A stretch of DNA of 64,000 nt from Balanoglossus misakiensis. Its lineage: Eukaryota; Animalia; Hemichordata. Positions 63,251-64,000 of this stretch are shown here, piece after piece. Both the position numbers and the translations under genes were made by a program. The notes under the pieces are model-generated. The model saw only the letters and a program-made list of their open reading frames with translations. It was not told where the DNA came from and searched no databases. Each line of letters opens with the position of its first letter. Position 1 is the first letter of the stretch. Location: assembly GCA_040954595.2 (NCBI GenBank), contig CM082576.2, positions 16,353,028 through 16,417,027 of the forward strand, in the 5' to 3' direction.

Positions 63251-64000
63251 CACAGTCAGGACGTAAGTGGGGTAATCACGGCGGTGAGATCAAAGAGATC
63301 TATTTGAATGTGAAGGTCGCTGAGTGGCAGTTACGGCCAGTTCGAAAAATTTTCAAACGGAGATTTTCGGTACTACAAGTGATCGTAGTGCATCCATTTT
63401 TCTAAGACGTGTATGAAACACCATAGTCAATGATAGGATGATTTTTCGTGAAGTTTTAACGACGCGTTCCCGAGAAAGACAGTTTCGGTATGTTGGTTTA
63501 AATTGTGGTCCTTGACTCTCGGCAAAGATTTCTTGTCTTGAAAAAAATTGGGTAGGTTAGGAAGATATTGAACTAAGTTACCGTGAAATTATAATAGTGT
63601 GAGCCGCTCCGTTGTGGAGTAATGACGGTGTAAAAATTGCCTTCGCCATCGACGAGTACAGCCGTGTTTGCCATATGTGGGTCAACGCATGTTAACCCAT
63701 GACGTAATGGCTTCCTTTTCAACGCGTCGTTATCTCTCATTAGCATATTATATACGGAGTCTATACACTATTCACGCTGACTGACTTCTCAGGACTGACC
63801 TATGGCACTGTAAATTGTGGTCCTTGACTCTCGGCATGGATATATTCATGTCAAAATTATGAATAGAGGAGTTTAATAATATTTCTAAAACCTGAGGGGG
63901 TTAATTTTTGTGCGGGTATGGCTGATATTTTTTTTTTTATTTTTTAACTTCAAGGTCACTTTGAATTTCATGATCACAATTTTGTCAGTGGAAGTAAAGA

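Overview
AT-rich, intron-containing animal DNA; the gene content suggests a marine invertebrate deuterostome such as a hemichordate, but this is inference only. 1-20.2 kb: a cluster of three S8A (proteinase K/aqualysin-like) subtilase paralogues. One is a + strand protease with four Cys-rich exon repeats. One is a - strand protease with two tectonin/tachylectin-like exons, two splice-site lesions and a 1.56-kb (ACAT)n tract. The third encodes only a signal peptide plus the I9 propeptide. 24.4-25.8 kb: a fibrinogen-domain pseudogene. 53.0-58.3 kb: an SLCO/OATP transporter gene whose 3' end is duplicated at 28.1-30.1 kb. Between the two SLCO 3' copies lies the main finding, a ~21-kb higher-order tandem array of an RNA-like element that I cannot assign to a known family. 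It has 3 diverged variants (210, 242 and 282 nt) in 14 full and 2 truncated copies. Compensatory base changes and G-U pairs define one shared fold on the minus strand: a closing stem, a three-way junction, a conserved hairpin and a variable rod. A full-length intact Tx1-type L1 retrotransposon is inserted at the 3' end of one copy with a 52-bp target-site duplication that leaves that copy intact. No folding program or database search was run; all pairings were read by eye.
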